Source: an uncultured Verrucomicrobia subdivision 3 bacterium (GTDB taxonomy: Bacteria > Verrucomicrobiota > Verrucomicrobiia > Limisphaerales > UBA11358). From it: a stretch of 64,000 bases of DNA. This document shows, piece after piece, positions 1-10,900 of the stretch. Where the stretch lies: contig CAIXBQ010000093.1 in NCBI GenBank assembly GCA_903917705.1, forward strand, positions 12,268-76,267, written 5' to 3'. The translations under genes and the position numbers were made by a program. Under the pieces are notes generated by a model, which was not told the DNA's origin, made no database searches, and was given only the letters and a program-made list of their open reading frames with translations. Position 1 is the stretch's first letter. Every line of letters starts with the position of its first letter.

Positions 1-1469
1 TGCATCTCCGGGGTTGAAACGAATTGCTCAACGCCGTCTACACCGAGGTGATAGCTGAAGTGGGTGTTGCGGAACTCGGTGCGGAATACCCGCTTCTGCT
101 GTTCCTTCACGCGCCGCCGGGATTCGAGCGCCAGCCGGATGATCTGTTCCAGCTCGGCGTCCGGGATGACCATGGCGGGATCGGGGAAGAGCAGCTTGAG
201 CAGCCCGCTGACGGTCTTGTTTACCGCCTCGATGTCGCGTCCGCTTAAAGCGCCGCCCCAGTTCACCCGGCCTTGCAGGGACGATATCCGGCTGCCGTTG
301 CGCAGCTTGTTCCAGCACTCGGCCAGAAAGTCACTGACCAGACCAAAGTGCTCGGTCAGGTGCTCGCGGGCGCTGACTTTCGGGAAATCCCAGCCCGGCA
401 CGAAACAGTGTAGACGATCCATGAAGGCGGTGTTTGAGCGCATATCCGGCGGCAGCGGACTGAGCAGGTGACCAATCCGCTGCTGCTGGTTCACGTCCAC
501 ATCGAAGTTGCCGACCATGACCATGCTGCCGAACGCCCGGATGCTTTCCTTGCCGCGCGAGAACTCGCCGGAGGCCATATAGCCCTGCATAATGGTCACC
601 CCATCCTTCTGATCGAAGGTGATTTTGGATATCTCATCAAAGCAGACAACGTCGTAGTGGCAGACCAGACCGCGCTGGCCATTGGCATTGTTTACAAACA
701 TCTTGGCCACGGTCGCCACGCCCGAAACGAGGTGCGAATACGGCGAGATTTGCTGGAACAGATGGCTTTTGCCGGTGCCGCGCGGCCCCAGCTCAACCAT
801 GTTATAGTTCGGCTCCACAAAGGGGATCATGCGCAGCAGCATCACCCACTTCGCCCGTTCCGTGAGCGCCGACGGCTCGAAGCCAATCGAGCGCAGGAGA
901 AAGTCAATCCACTCCGTCAGCGTAAACTTCTGGCGACCCTGTTCCAGCGTCTCCAGCACGTTCGGCTTGGAAAGCTGGATCGGGCGCAGGCTTTCAATGG
1001 CAAAGGGGCGTCCGTTCTTTTCCTCGGCAATGGCGGCGTCATAGGTCAGGGTGACTTCGGAGTAGAAGCCGTCGGTCAGCATCCGCTCGTTGTCATGTAC
1101 GAGCTTGTCCTCGATGCGGACATCCTTGAGGGCGAGGCTGGGCAGCTCGGCGATGAAGCAGTCGTTCTTGGCGTCCAGCCGGGCCTTCACGATGTCGATC
1201 AGCTTCACCGAACCCTTCTCGCGGGCACGCGCCTTGAACAGCTCCGCGTCGACGGTGCGCACCGTCCGGTCTTTGAGCTGGCGCTCGACGATTTGCAGCC
1301 CTTCCTCGATCTCCTTTTCGTCGATCGTGGCGCAATACCGCCCGAGCAGGAACTCGACGACGTACGTCGGCACCGGATACTGGCGGCTGTATTTTCGCAC
1401 CAAATCCTTGCGCACCAGATAGCCTTGAAAGGCCGATGCGCCCAGTTTGTCCAATCCATCTGTGTTCAT
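1..1469 (-). CDS. brxL: BREX system Lon-related AAA+ protein BrxL (partial, runs off the window; absent from the ORF track)
   Basis: Manual translation from ATG 1469: MNTDGLDKLGASAFQGYLVRKDLVRKYSRQYPVPTYVVEFLLGRYCAT...; Walker A ELGPRGTGKSH and VVCFDEI; directly follows pglZ. Confidence 0.92.
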   Translation of the reverse strand, partial: MNTDGLDKLGASAFQGYLVRKDLVRKYSRQYPVPTYVVEFLLGRYCATIDEKEIEEGLQIVERQLKDRTVRTVDAELFKARAREKGSVKLIDIVKARLDAKNDCFIAELPSLALKDVRIEDKLVHDNERMLTDGFYSEVTLTYDAAIAEEKNGRPFAIESLRPIQLSKPNVLETLEQGRQKFTLTEWIDFLLRSIGFEPSALTERAKWVMLLRMIPFVEPNYNMVELGPRGTGKSHLFQQISPYSHLVSGVATVAKMFVNNANGQRGLVCHYDVVCFDEISKITFDQKDGVTIMQGYMASGEFSRGKESIRAFGSMVMVGNFDVDVNQQQRIGHLLSPLPPDMRSNTAFMDRLHCFVPGWDFPKVSAREHLTEHFGLVSDFLAECWNKLRNGSRISSLQGRVNWGGALSGRDIEAVNKTVSGLLKLLFPDPAMVIPDAELEQIIRLALESRRRVKEQQKRVFRTEFRNTHFSYHLGVDGVEQFVSTPEM

Positions 1470-1470
1470 A

Positions 1471-3828
1471 TCATTGATCTCCTCCGACCATCGTCGGCTG
1501 TTTGCAAATAACCCGCCCGGCGGCATCGATCACCACGATGCTCGTCGCCGTGCCGATCAGGTTTTCGTCTTCCACCAGCAGTCCGGCTTTGCCTTCACCG
1601 TCAAAGGGCTTGGCCTGTGTGATGCTGGTCTTTGCATCGTTCGGCTTGGCTCGCAGATCGGCGGTTAATCCCGCCACCGGCGGCTCGATGACGAGGCGGC
1701 AGCGCTGGCCCAGCCACTGCACCGTCTCGATCTTGACCGTCACCGCCTTTCCGCCCCCGGCCTTGCGGAAGGTCAGGTCGGGCGTCACGCATTCCTGCGG
1801 ACTCAACCCGCCGTGGGCGTATTCGGTGCCGTTGGTGAAACAGTATACGCCGGGCGCGCAGGCCACCGCCTGCCGGGCGTCCCAGAACCAGCCTGCCGCC
1901 GGTACATCCGCCTGTGCGCCCTCCTTGATGACGGCGCAGCGGGACCAGCGGCATTCCACCAGATATTTTTTGAGCGGCAGCGACGGCAGTCCGCCGGGCG
2001 CCAGCAGCCAGCCGTGGTCGGTGACCACGCGCACCGAGCGCCAACCGGCTTCCAGCAGGTGAATGATCCGTTCCAACACATGGTCGATCTGCTCTTCAAT
2101 CTGTCCGGCCAGCCGGGCCTCTAGTTTGTGGCCCAAGGCATCGAATTCACCATGCTCCGTCCACGCTTTGGCGTCCTCGCCGGTGGGGGTGCCGGTTTCC
2201 AGCCCGTGCAGTATCTGATGTCCGGTGGCGGCGATGGCCGTCCGTAAACGATCCGCCGTCACGGGCTTTCCGCTCTCGGTGATGACCGGACAAAAGTCGG
2301 CCCCGGCGGCTTCACCGGCCACGCCGAGCGCGGCAGGGGTCACCGCAGGCTTGGCCGTGGGCGTCACCGACGGCAAGGCGGACAGGCGATAGCCTTCCGT
2401 GTACAACAGGTGCCGCTCGTGCGCCCGCGCCAATAACCGCTGGGCGACGTCAAACCGCAGACCGTCTACAAACATCAGGCACTCACCGGGTTCAGCGGTC
2501 ACCAGCCGGTCTTTTATTTCTGCTCGGCCCGGAAGGGGGTGCTTCTGCGCCGCCTTTTGAAAGTTGCGGGCCGAATCATCCAGCCAGCCCAGATAGACGC
2601 AGCGTATGGCTGCTTGGACGGCGGCGATGTCGTCATTGGTCTTAACACAGGCCAGCGCCCGCAGCACGGCGTCATCAGCCCGGTAGCCGGTTTTGGCATA
2701 GCTGGCCGCCACCGCATCCGGCGAGTCGCCTACCAAAGGCAGGGTCGTGTTTTCGGCCAGTGTAAACAAATGCTCCAATGCGAGGGCCATCGGGCTGTAG
2801 CCCATTTTGGCCCAGACCCACGAACGCCGCCCACCGTGTTCTTCGTTGAGCTTACGGATGCTTTTACGTCCTTCTTCTGGCGGTTGCTTGGGCAGCGTGA
2901 GCAGTGTCGCCCGCAGGTTCTTTTCATCCCTCTCGTTTTCATCCGGCCATGAATCCCGATCCGAGAACAGCTCTAGCACGCTCGGCTTGGCCCGCCGCAG
3001 GGCTGCCGGTATGCCCGGATAGAGCGACGGTGATTCCGTAAACCGGCGCCACGCCTCGGCCCACGCCGCTTTCCGCAAGCCGAGCCGCTCGGCTCCCACC
3101 AACTCGCCTTCGCTCACTGGATCAAAACGAAACTCCTCTTTGCAGCGCGAACAGAAAGCCTGCCAGTGCGCCGAATCCCAGCTTTCGCGCGCCTTGGGAT
3201 TGCTGATCCACGCCAGCAAATCGCGCACGGTGTCACCGACCATCAGCTTGTCAAAATCGTTCGACTCAAGTTTGTGGCCCCGCAGCGTTGAAATCGGCGT
3301 CGTGGCCAGCATGTCCAGCGCGCCCAGCAAGGCGATGTGTGTGGACTTATCGCGGCTGATATCCAGACCGAGGCCACCGTTGTCCGCCACCATGAACGCT
3401 TCCAGTGTCCAGTCCTTGCCGTTGACGTGCGTCCAGACCGTGCCGCGATATTGCAGCTCCACCAGCGGCTTCAGCTCGTCCGGGCACTCTTCCGGCGACC
3501 GCAGCAACTGGCGGCTCACCTTGGGCAGGTACAGAATTGGCACCGCTTTTTCCGGCAGCTTCAATTCCGGCATCGCGCCGTCTACAACGCACCGCAGCCA
3601 GATGGCAGGCCCAGTGCGCTGTTCCGGCTGGTAATCGCCCAGTGTCAGTAGTTCCGGCATCAGAGCGCGCAGGCGGTTTACGATCGGCTGCCATTCGCCC
3701 TCGGTGTCCGTCCAGAGAATGGCGGCGGGCGGCAGGCTGTCGCCGGAGTTGTAGCGACCCGCTGCGGCGAGGCTGTCTTTGACCGCCTCGATGAACGTCC
3801 CGCTCTTGATATGATGGTTGTTGGGCAT
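1471..3828 (-). CDS. pglZ: BREX PglZ alkaline-phosphatase-fold protein
   Basis: 785 aa; PglZ motifs FVDGLRFD, LSALPSVTPTAK, VTDHGWL, YAHGGLSPQE; lies between pglX and brxL. Confidence 0.93.
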   Translation of the reverse strand: MPNNHHIKSGTFIEAVKDSLAAAGRYNSGDSLPPAAILWTDTEGEWQPIVNRLRALMPELLTLGDYQPEQRTGPAIWLRCVVDGAMPELKLPEKAVPILYLPKVSRQLLRSPEECPDELKPLVELQYRGTVWTHVNGKDWTLEAFMVADNGGLGLDISRDKSTHIALLGALDMLATTPISTLRGHKLESNDFDKLMVGDTVRDLLAWISNPKARESWDSAHWQAFCSRCKEEFRFDPVSEGELVGAERLGLRKAAWAEAWRRFTESPSLYPGIPAALRRAKPSVLELFSDRDSWPDENERDEKNLRATLLTLPKQPPEEGRKSIRKLNEEHGGRRSWVWAKMGYSPMALALEHLFTLAENTTLPLVGDSPDAVAASYAKTGYRADDAVLRALACVKTNDDIAAVQAAIRCVYLGWLDDSARNFQKAAQKHPLPGRAEIKDRLVTAEPGECLMFVDGLRFDVAQRLLARAHERHLLYTEGYRLSALPSVTPTAKPAVTPAALGVAGEAAGADFCPVITESGKPVTADRLRTAIAATGHQILHGLETGTPTGEDAKAWTEHGEFDALGHKLEARLAGQIEEQIDHVLERIIHLLEAGWRSVRVVTDHGWLLAPGGLPSLPLKKYLVECRWSRCAVIKEGAQADVPAAGWFWDARQAVACAPGVYCFTNGTEYAHGGLSPQECVTPDLTFRKAGGGKAVTVKIETVQWLGQRCRLVIEPPVAGLTADLRAKPNDAKTSITQAKPFDGEGKAGLLVEDENLIGTATSIVVIDAAGRVICKQPTMVGGDQ

Positions 3829-6800
3829 CAGCTTTTCTCCGCCTTTTTCAAATGAACATCATTCACGCGGTCGCCGTAGGTGCTTCCGCTGTAGAACCAC
3901 GGATATTCCGCCTTGTCCCGCTTCGGCTCCTTGCCGCGATCCTTGTCCCACTTGATGTTCGGCTTGGTGCGCAGGATGCCCGCGCTCTTTTTACCGCCGG
4001 GGATGTCGTTGGCGAGGAACGGACGGATGTTCATCCGCACCCCATCGTTGATATCGGGATTCCAGCCGACGGCCTGCTGCGAGAGCGGCTTCCAGCGCAC
4101 GAAAATGTCGTATGGCGGCTCGCCGTCGTGGATGGCTTCTAGCGTCTCCTTGAGGGCCAATGCCGCTGCCAGACGCTCGTCCGCGCCTTCCTCGGGGTGC
4201 TTCGGATCGACGCCGTGTTTCTGCCGCGTGATCCAATCGCCGAGGTAGCTGTGCGTCAGGTTTTCCAGCGTCCGTCGGCCCTTGCCCTTTTCACCGGCCA
4301 GCTTGTGGTAATTGACCAGCGCGTGGAAGCCGTCGCGCTTGCGGCCATCCCAGACGTGCCAGATGAACGGGCGCTGATGGAACATGTCGCAGTGCTGCTC
4401 AAAGAAATCGTTCCGCAGCCATTCTTCCAAGTCCGCCGCATCCGAGCCGCTGGCGCGGATCAGCTCCTGCTCGGTCTGCGCTTTCCAGTCCTTGCCGTAG
4501 ACAGTGGCCAGCAGCTTGCGCAGGCGCTCAGCTGCCGGTTCTTCGCCGCGCACGGATGGAATACAGACGATGCCGTCGTCGTCAGCGAACTTCTCCAAGC
4601 CATCCTCCTTAAGCGCCGGACAATCGGGGAAGCTCGAACCGGTCTGGCGCGGCCACTGGTAGCCGAGCAAGCGCGCCACGGCGACGTGCAAGGGATGGTC
4701 TGAATCTTTGGGGTGACCGTTGAACAGCCACTGCGTCGGGTCGCTGGAATACGGCTTCGGCAAGCCGTTCGGATATTTCTTCGCCGCCACCTTCTGCCAG
4801 TGCTCAAGGTCGAAGGGGACTTTGACAACTGTTGCGCAAGTAACCCCAAGCTTTTGATCAACTTTGCGAATCTCTTGAACGAACGATGCGCTCGAGCAGA
4901 ACGCCCAAATCGCTGGAAAAATTTGCGAGTGCGTGGGAATCAGGACGTGAACATTACCATCGAAAGGCTCACCTGTATAAACCGTAGCGGGGAGCCTGCT
5001 CATAGGCGCGATACCAACGCCATAATGATTCCATGCTTTCATTCCTTGCAGCCGTCCACCGATGGAATCAACCTCCTCCTCAAATGTAGGAAAATCCATG
5101 AGTTGGTGTTTGCCAGCGACGAGAGCAGTGTCCTCGATTGATCCTTGTAGAAACTTCCATTTCGTTGGCGCAATCGGATTTTCCCAGAATAGACGGACAA
5201 AACGAGAGCGGTCTGCTGGCATCAATCCTTGGGTGGCAAAAGCATACTTTCCAAGCAAAGGAAGTTTTGAACCTTCAGTTAAGATAAATCTGTGATCAGG
5301 GTTGTTCAGTTGTTCATTTTGAAGAGTAATGTGTGTTTCGACGGACTGAATTGCTGACGCTTTCTCACTGGGCTTGGACGCGGAAGAAGCGTCCAGCCCG
5401 CAAATGCGGTTCTCCGGTGAAAGCATGCGTCTGCTTATACAAATGAGGGCAACATTTACAACCTCACCACTAATAGTCTCAAAAGCACCCGTTCCCAAAC
5501 GCGCAACACAATTCCAACTTGTAGTTCTCAACATTCGCTCCCGAAAATCTTCATATGCCCCTAGAAACAGCCAGCCTTGAGGTTCAACTAGAGCAACGGT
5601 GCAGTCTGGTGCGCAGAAATCTAAGCTGCGCTGTAAGAAAACAGTGGCTAAATCATGCCTTGCGTCATAAGCATACTTTTCGGAAAAGTCAGCTAATGCT
5701 TCTCCCTGATTCCTTCTCCCAAGGTAAGGCACGTTGGTGGCGACGAGCGTGAACTGGCCCGCAAGAATTTCCGCCGCTTTGACCAAGCCGCGCGCGGTCA
5801 CGGCCATTTCGTGTGCGTTGTCGTCGTTGGCTTCCTGCGCCAGCGCTCTTTCCAGCAGCGGCTGGAGTTTGCCGAAATCTGCCTCAAGCAGTTCGTCATG
5901 AGCGACTGAAGGATTGATGAGGCTGCCTAGGATGGGAGCGTTTTTGAAAAGCCGGTAAAGGCGCGCCATACCATTCTTGGCATAGCCGTCATCACCGGCA
6001 ATTTTAACCCAGTCCGCCTCGCGGGTGTTGGGCGCAAGCCCAGAGCAGGCAAGATTCATCGCAGGCAGCTGGCAGTAGCCCACGCGCCGCCATGCGGCCA
6101 GCGCCAAGTTGAACGCGCCGATCTGGGTGCAGCGCGGGTCAATCTCCAGACCGAACAGGTTGTCCCGGATGACCGCCGTCACCGCCGCCGCTTCGGCCAG
6201 TTTCTCTTCGGCCATGCGCAGCGCTACCATGCGCTCAAACATCGCTACCTCGAAGTGTCCGCTGCCCATGCACGGATCGAGGCATTTGATTTCCTTGGCC
6301 GTCTTCGGCCAGCCGTCGAAAGTTCCGGCGGCGGGCGTCCATTTGCCGTCCTTGCCCTTGATGAAGCGCAGGTACTTCCACGCGCAGCCCGGCAGCGCAA
6401 CGGCCCGGCGGAGTTCATCTTCGCTCTTCGCGCTTTCGGCGAGCTTGGGATTGGCCGCCAGAACCTTACCGGCGTGCCATGCGCCGAGCGTGTTGTCCAA
6501 GAGGAAGTCCACCATGTAGTCTTCCGTAAATAACTGCGTGACCGACGGCAATTCGTCCGCGCCGATCTTAACTTCCGACTCGTTCACTTCCTTTTTACGT
6601 TCTGTTTGCCAGAACTGGTAGCACCAGCCGAGGCTGTCGCTGGCCGTAAACGTCTCCTTGGCCAGCGCGTCGAGCATCGCTTCCAGCTTAAGCTGATCCT
6701 CGCGCGCCAAGGGCACTTGCAGCACCGGATCATCGGCCCGGAAGATTTCCGGCAGCATCGTCTGCGCGTAGCGCCCGGCGAGCGCCCAGAGATTGGTCTT

Positions 6801-7169
6801 CGCGTCCTTCGCCAGCTCCTTGACTTCTTCCAAACTGACGGCCACGCCCATGTCCGGCTCGATCAGCAAATGATTCTCCGCCAAGAAGCGCGCGAACAAC
6901 ATCCGGTGCCAGTGCTCGTAGCCGCACTCCTGAGCGATATGGGCGACGGAAAGCTGGCCTCTGGTCTCTTGGGTGTCGCCAAGCTGCCGCGCCCGCGCCC
7001 GGAGCTTGTTGCGCAGCGTACGCTGTTCCGGCGACATGTGCCCATAAGGTTCATGGTGCGCCACAGCCAGCGCCTTGAGCGCGTCCGCTGCCGCCCGTTC
7101 TGCTAAATTGCGGGCGGCGATACATGTCCGTTCCAGCTTGGTGCGTAGGTCAGTGGCGAGGGTGCTCAT
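3828..7169 (-). CDS. pglX: BREX adenine DNA methyltransferase PglX/BrxX
   Basis: ~1113 aa; QLFTEDYMV, SAM-binding LDPCMGSGHF, catalytic TNVPY (NPPY variant). ATG 7169 overlaps the NYN stop (ATGA); alternative ATG at 7175. Confidence 0.92.
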   Translation of the reverse strand: MSTLATDLRTKLERTCIAARNLAERAAADALKALAVAHHEPYGHMSPEQRTLRNKLRARARQLGDTQETRGQLSVAHIAQECGYEHWHRMLFARFLAENHLLIEPDMGVAVSLEEVKELAKDAKTNLWALAGRYAQTMLPEIFRADDPVLQVPLAREDQLKLEAMLDALAKETFTASDSLGWCYQFWQTERKKEVNESEVKIGADELPSVTQLFTEDYMVDFLLDNTLGAWHAGKVLAANPKLAESAKSEDELRRAVALPGCAWKYLRFIKGKDGKWTPAAGTFDGWPKTAKEIKCLDPCMGSGHFEVAMFERMVALRMAEEKLAEAAAVTAVIRDNLFGLEIDPRCTQIGAFNLALAAWRRVGYCQLPAMNLACSGLAPNTREADWVKIAGDDGYAKNGMARLYRLFKNAPILGSLINPSVAHDELLEADFGKLQPLLERALAQEANDDNAHEMAVTARGLVKAAEILAGQFTLVATNVPYLGRRNQGEALADFSEKYAYDARHDLATVFLQRSLDFCAPDCTVALVEPQGWLFLGAYEDFRERMLRTTSWNCVARLGTGAFETISGEVVNVALICISRRMLSPENRICGLDASSASKPSEKASAIQSVETHITLQNEQLNNPDHRFILTEGSKLPLLGKYAFATQGLMPADRSRFVRLFWENPIAPTKWKFLQGSIEDTALVAGKHQLMDFPTFEEEVDSIGGRLQGMKAWNHYGVGIAPMSRLPATVYTGEPFDGNVHVLIPTHSQIFPAIWAFCSSASFVQEIRKVDQKLGVTCATVVKVPFDLEHWQKVAAKKYPNGLPKPYSSDPTQWLFNGHPKDSDHPLHVAVARLLGYQWPRQTGSSFPDCPALKEDGLEKFADDDGIVCIPSVRGEEPAAERLRKLLATVYGKDWKAQTEQELIRASGSDAADLEEWLRNDFFEQHCDMFHQRPFIWHVWDGRKRDGFHALVNYHKLAGEKGKGRRTLENLTHSYLGDWITRQKHGVDPKHPEEGADERLAAALALKETLEAIHDGEPPYDIFVRWKPLSQQAVGWNPDINDGVRMNIRPFLANDIPGGKKSAGILRTKPNIKWDKDRGKEPKRDKAEYPWFYSGSTYGDRVNDVHLKKAEKS

Positions 7170-7786
7170 ATCCATTTAGCCGGTTTTTGCAGCTGAATTC
7201 CGTCGGGCTTAACGACTGGATCAGGCAGTTGATTTTGACGCAGCGCGGCTTCGCTAATGCGAAACCATCCATTAGCCTCTTTTTTCAGCCGTTCTGAAAC
7301 TCGGTTTGGCGGGAAGGCAATAACGACGCGCTTCTTCGGAAACAGACTCCGCACTTTGAGCACTGGCCCAGTCAGGTCACTGTCCGCTGAAATCATCAAC
7401 GCGGTATCGAACCTGTCCTCGTGCGCGTCTACCAGCAATTCCATGGCGATGTTTACGTCCGTCATTTTTTCTTCCTGCTTCTGCCACTTTGCCCCGCAGG
7501 CGCGGCATTGAACGGGTTTAGAAAGGTAATGACCGAAAAAGACGGAGGTTTGCGGCAAAGTGCCGATGGCCTCCAAATAGGTATTCTGACGCTTGTCTTG
7601 ATCCGGGTCAGAGGGTGTGGAGGAAACGCGGCTGGTAAAATATTTGACGTGCTCCAACTGCTGCGATGGCTTCAGCAAGGCGATGGAAAACTTTTGCAAA
7701 TCGAGCCAATAGTAACGACGCCAGCCATTTGACCGGATGCCAAAGTATAGATTGAATCCGTCAATGTAGGTGATGACGCGTTCCAT
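7166..7786 (-). CDS. NYN-domain (LabA/DUF88, PIN-fold) putative ribonuclease
   Basis: 206 aa; YIDGFNLY, EEKMTDVNIA and ISADSDL acidic active-site motifs; CRAC insertion. Confidence 0.9.
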   Translation of the reverse strand: MERVITYIDGFNLYFGIRSNGWRRYYWLDLQKFSIALLKPSQQLEHVKYFTSRVSSTPSDPDQDKRQNTYLEAIGTLPQTSVFFGHYLSKPVQCRACGAKWQKQEEKMTDVNIAMELLVDAHEDRFDTALMISADSDLTGPVLKVRSLFPKKRVVIAFPPNRVSERLKKEANGWFRISEAALRQNQLPDPVVKPDGIQLQKPAKWI

Positions 7787-7834
7787 AATGTTTTAGCAGG
7801 TTGAAAAAGGGGCGATTTTGTGCTTGATTGAATT

Positions 7835-7921
7835 GGGACATGGTTGTAGAACCTTGCCCATCACCCCGCCGGTGATAGTATCACCGGCTCGACGCCCGGC
7901 GAAAGCCGGGTGTCTCTTTTT
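7835..7921 (+). ncRNA. Putative small structured RNA divergent from the NYN gene and antisense to the BREX operon
   Basis: Three consecutive hairpins (7834-7860, 7868-7888, 7891-7914) followed by TCTTTTT; upstream TTGAAA-17 bp-TTGATT promoter-like sequence (7801-7829). Confidence 0.5.
7891..7921 (+). terminator. Intrinsic terminator-like hairpin on the + strand
   Basis: GACGCCCGGC-GAAA-GCCGGGTGTC then TCTTTTT. The G-U pair, GNRA loop and U-tract all work only on the + strand. Confidence 0.7.
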
Positions 7922-7941
7922 CAGGATGTCACTTCGGGCGT

Positions 7942-10900
7942 TCATCCCACCACCACCGGCCCTTTCTTTATTTTTTCGAGCAGGTCGGCCTTGGTTGTCT
8001 CCAGCCAAGCCGTCACATCGTCCGGCGACTTGAGCGTGCTGCTCGACAGGCTGACCCGCTGGGTCTTGGGTTCGAGCAAGCGCGCTGCCGCGAGTGCCGC
8101 CTGCCGGAACCGCTCCGGCAAGGCGTCCGCCGCCGTCGCCCAGACGGCCAGCGATTGAGCCGAGAGTTCCGCTATGAGTCCGGCGTCATCGCCAATGGTC
8201 AGTTCCTTTAGTGGCGAGAGGCGCGCATCCTTCAACAGTTGCTCGCACTGCGCCGCTGTGAGCTTCTTCCAGTTGGCATTGGCATCCAGTGCCGTCATTT
8301 CACGCTCGTAAACCTCGGTGGCCGCCGAGTGCGCTTTCTTGAGCGCTGCCCGCAGGAGTTTGACCACCTTGCTATGGATGGACGGAACCGGGTCGCCGTC
8401 TTCGAGCAACCTGCGCTCGTTGCGCACGGCGTCGGCTTCCTGCTGAAGCTCCACCGCTTCCGGTAGCCCGGCAGCGTAGCCTAAAAGCTTTTCCAGCGTG
8501 TCCCACGAGGGCTTACGCTTCTTTGCCAAAGCGGCCAGCGCCTGCCATTTCTCCAGATGCTTTTTCAGCGCGTCGTGCTCGCTCAAAATCGCCGCCAGCA
8601 TTTCATTTCCAGCCAGCGCGCGAATGGTTTCCAGCACATTGGTGTCCGGGCAGGCGGGCAGCGGCGCGTCGCCCCCGGCTTTGGCGGCAAGGTCGTCCAT
8701 CGCCGCCAGATATTTTTCCGCCGCTGCGACTTCTTCATCAGCCTTGCAGGGAACCTGCGCGTCTTGGAACAGGCGGCGCAGCTTGATCCGGCTTTTTACG
8801 TCGATGGCCACCGTTTCGGAGCGGAAGTCCGTGACGGGTACCTTCGACTGATCCAGTTGGCCCGCCAAAAGCACCGTGCCTTTATGGACGGCGCGGATGT
8901 GACCGCTCGTGTGCAAGGTGATCAGCACGGCGTCTACAGCGTCACGCGGCCAGCCATAGGGCGCGTTTTCAAACTGGTCGCGGATGTCCTTGCCCTTCTT
9001 GCCGGAGCCGATGGCCGCCAGCACCGCCACGCTAACCGGGTGTTTTTCCGGGTTGTCCTTGTGATCCACCGCCTGTAGCGCGTTGGCATCTTTGCCCTTG
9101 GCTCGGTTAATGACGCTGCCCCAGCGGTTGTCGTCGGCATCCCGGAACTGCGGAAACAGCCGGTCGAGCGAGTCTTCGGCGGCGGACTTGACCTTCTCGA
9201 TCAGATCGAGTCCCAGAACCTCGGTGCCGCCGCCTTTGAACACCTTTGCCGTGCCGATCAGCTCGCGGATGATGCGGTCGCGGTTGCTCTCCGCCGTTGC
9301 CCGGCGGGTTTCCATCGCGGAGCGAGCGTCGTTGCCTTCAATGGTCGTCGGCGCACCCTTGAACTCCAAGGTCTGCTTGGCCGCCTCGAACTCAACGATC
9401 GCCTTTTTCAAGTCATCGGCGCTGGCTTTGGGAATGTGTACGAAGACGGTCGCGCCGTCGGTTCCGGCCTTTTGCGCGTCGGTCAAGACGACCTTCTCCG
9501 CATCGCCCCAGCCATCCCGAATCCAGACCGGCACCTCGGTGCCACTGGCCGCCGGAGCGTCGCTGCCGTAGTGGATTTTCAGGTCACGGGCCGTCTTGCT
9601 CAGGCCATGCGTCATGCGCACGCTGTTGAGGGTCTTGAGGCATTCCGCGTTGAGCAGCGCCGCGCGCCGGTTGTTTACCCCGGCCAAATCACCGTTCATG
9701 GCGGCAAGCTTCTTGCGGAATTCGTTTTCCCACTCGCCGCTCTCGCGCGTCTGGAGGCTGTATTCATCGTCGATCTTGATGAGCTTCGACTCGGCCACCA
9801 GTTTTTCCAGTATCCGGGGAATCTCCCGGCGCAGGCGCGGGCCGTCCTTCTCAAGGTTTTCCACCAGTAAGTCCGCCAGCATTTCCGGCGTGGCGCGAAC
9901 GCCGATGTCAGCAACCTTTTCGCGCGGCAGCTTGCGGATCAGAAAGATCAACCCGCACAGGCGGCTGGCCAGATTGCCGTCCTCCGTCCCGTCGCGCAGG
10001 TTGCGGATGGTTTCGTCCATCTCCCGGGGCAGGAACTGCGAGCGCAGCAGGTCGGCTTGGAGCTGGTCAAAGACGCAGTCGGCGGCCAGCACCGTGCCGA
10101 GCGGCTTGTCGGCCAGCCCGCTTACGGCGTCGTGAACGATGCGCAGCTGGCTGCGGAGCTGGGCCGTCGTGCCCTGAACGTCAATGGCCCGCAAGACCTT
10201 CTCCCAAAACCGACGGCGAACCGGCAAGAGCGGGTAGTCATCCACCCGGATGCGCTTATCATCGTCCCGGGCGCCAATCTTGGTGGCGGACAGGTGCCGG
10301 TCGATTTCCCCAGCGTTGCTGTCGAGCATGTCCTCGATGGCTTTTCTCTTATCGGCCTTTTTAGCCAGTACCACCCGGCGGGTCACCGTCTCCACATCCG
10401 CATCGGAAAGCTCGACGCTGATCTTGAAACGGTCGCGCAGGCGTTGCAGGAGCGAATCCTGACCGGCCAGAGCGGTTTGACCGGCGCCAATGAGCAGCAC
10501 CCGGCTATCAAGCTGTTTACAGATGGCTTCCGCGACCATTTGAACGTCCAGAGATCGCTGGGTGTTGTCCCCGATATAGAGCTGGATTTCGTCGAGCACG
10601 ATCACCGTGCAGGGCAGCTTGCCGTTCTCTTCCAAGACTTCGCGGATCAATCGGATGAACTCTTCGTCGGTGACGGTTTCGCGCCGGGGAAATTGCGCCC
10701 GCAGCGCCTCCTTGGCTTTCCGTTCATCGGAGGCAAATTCAGGGTCGGCGGCCAGCAGGGCTTTGGCCACGACCGGGCTGACATACAGGTCGTTCAGCTC
10801 GCGGTAGAAGTTTTTACCGGCGGCCTCGACCGTCTTCTTGACCTTGGCGAACATCCCGTTCTTTTGGAGCCAGAGACAGAACTGTGCCTGCGGCAGCGAC

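Noticed and set aside
468-1511. 347-aa + strand ORF
   Set aside because: Antisense shadow of brxL, which the ORF track missed because brxL runs off the window.
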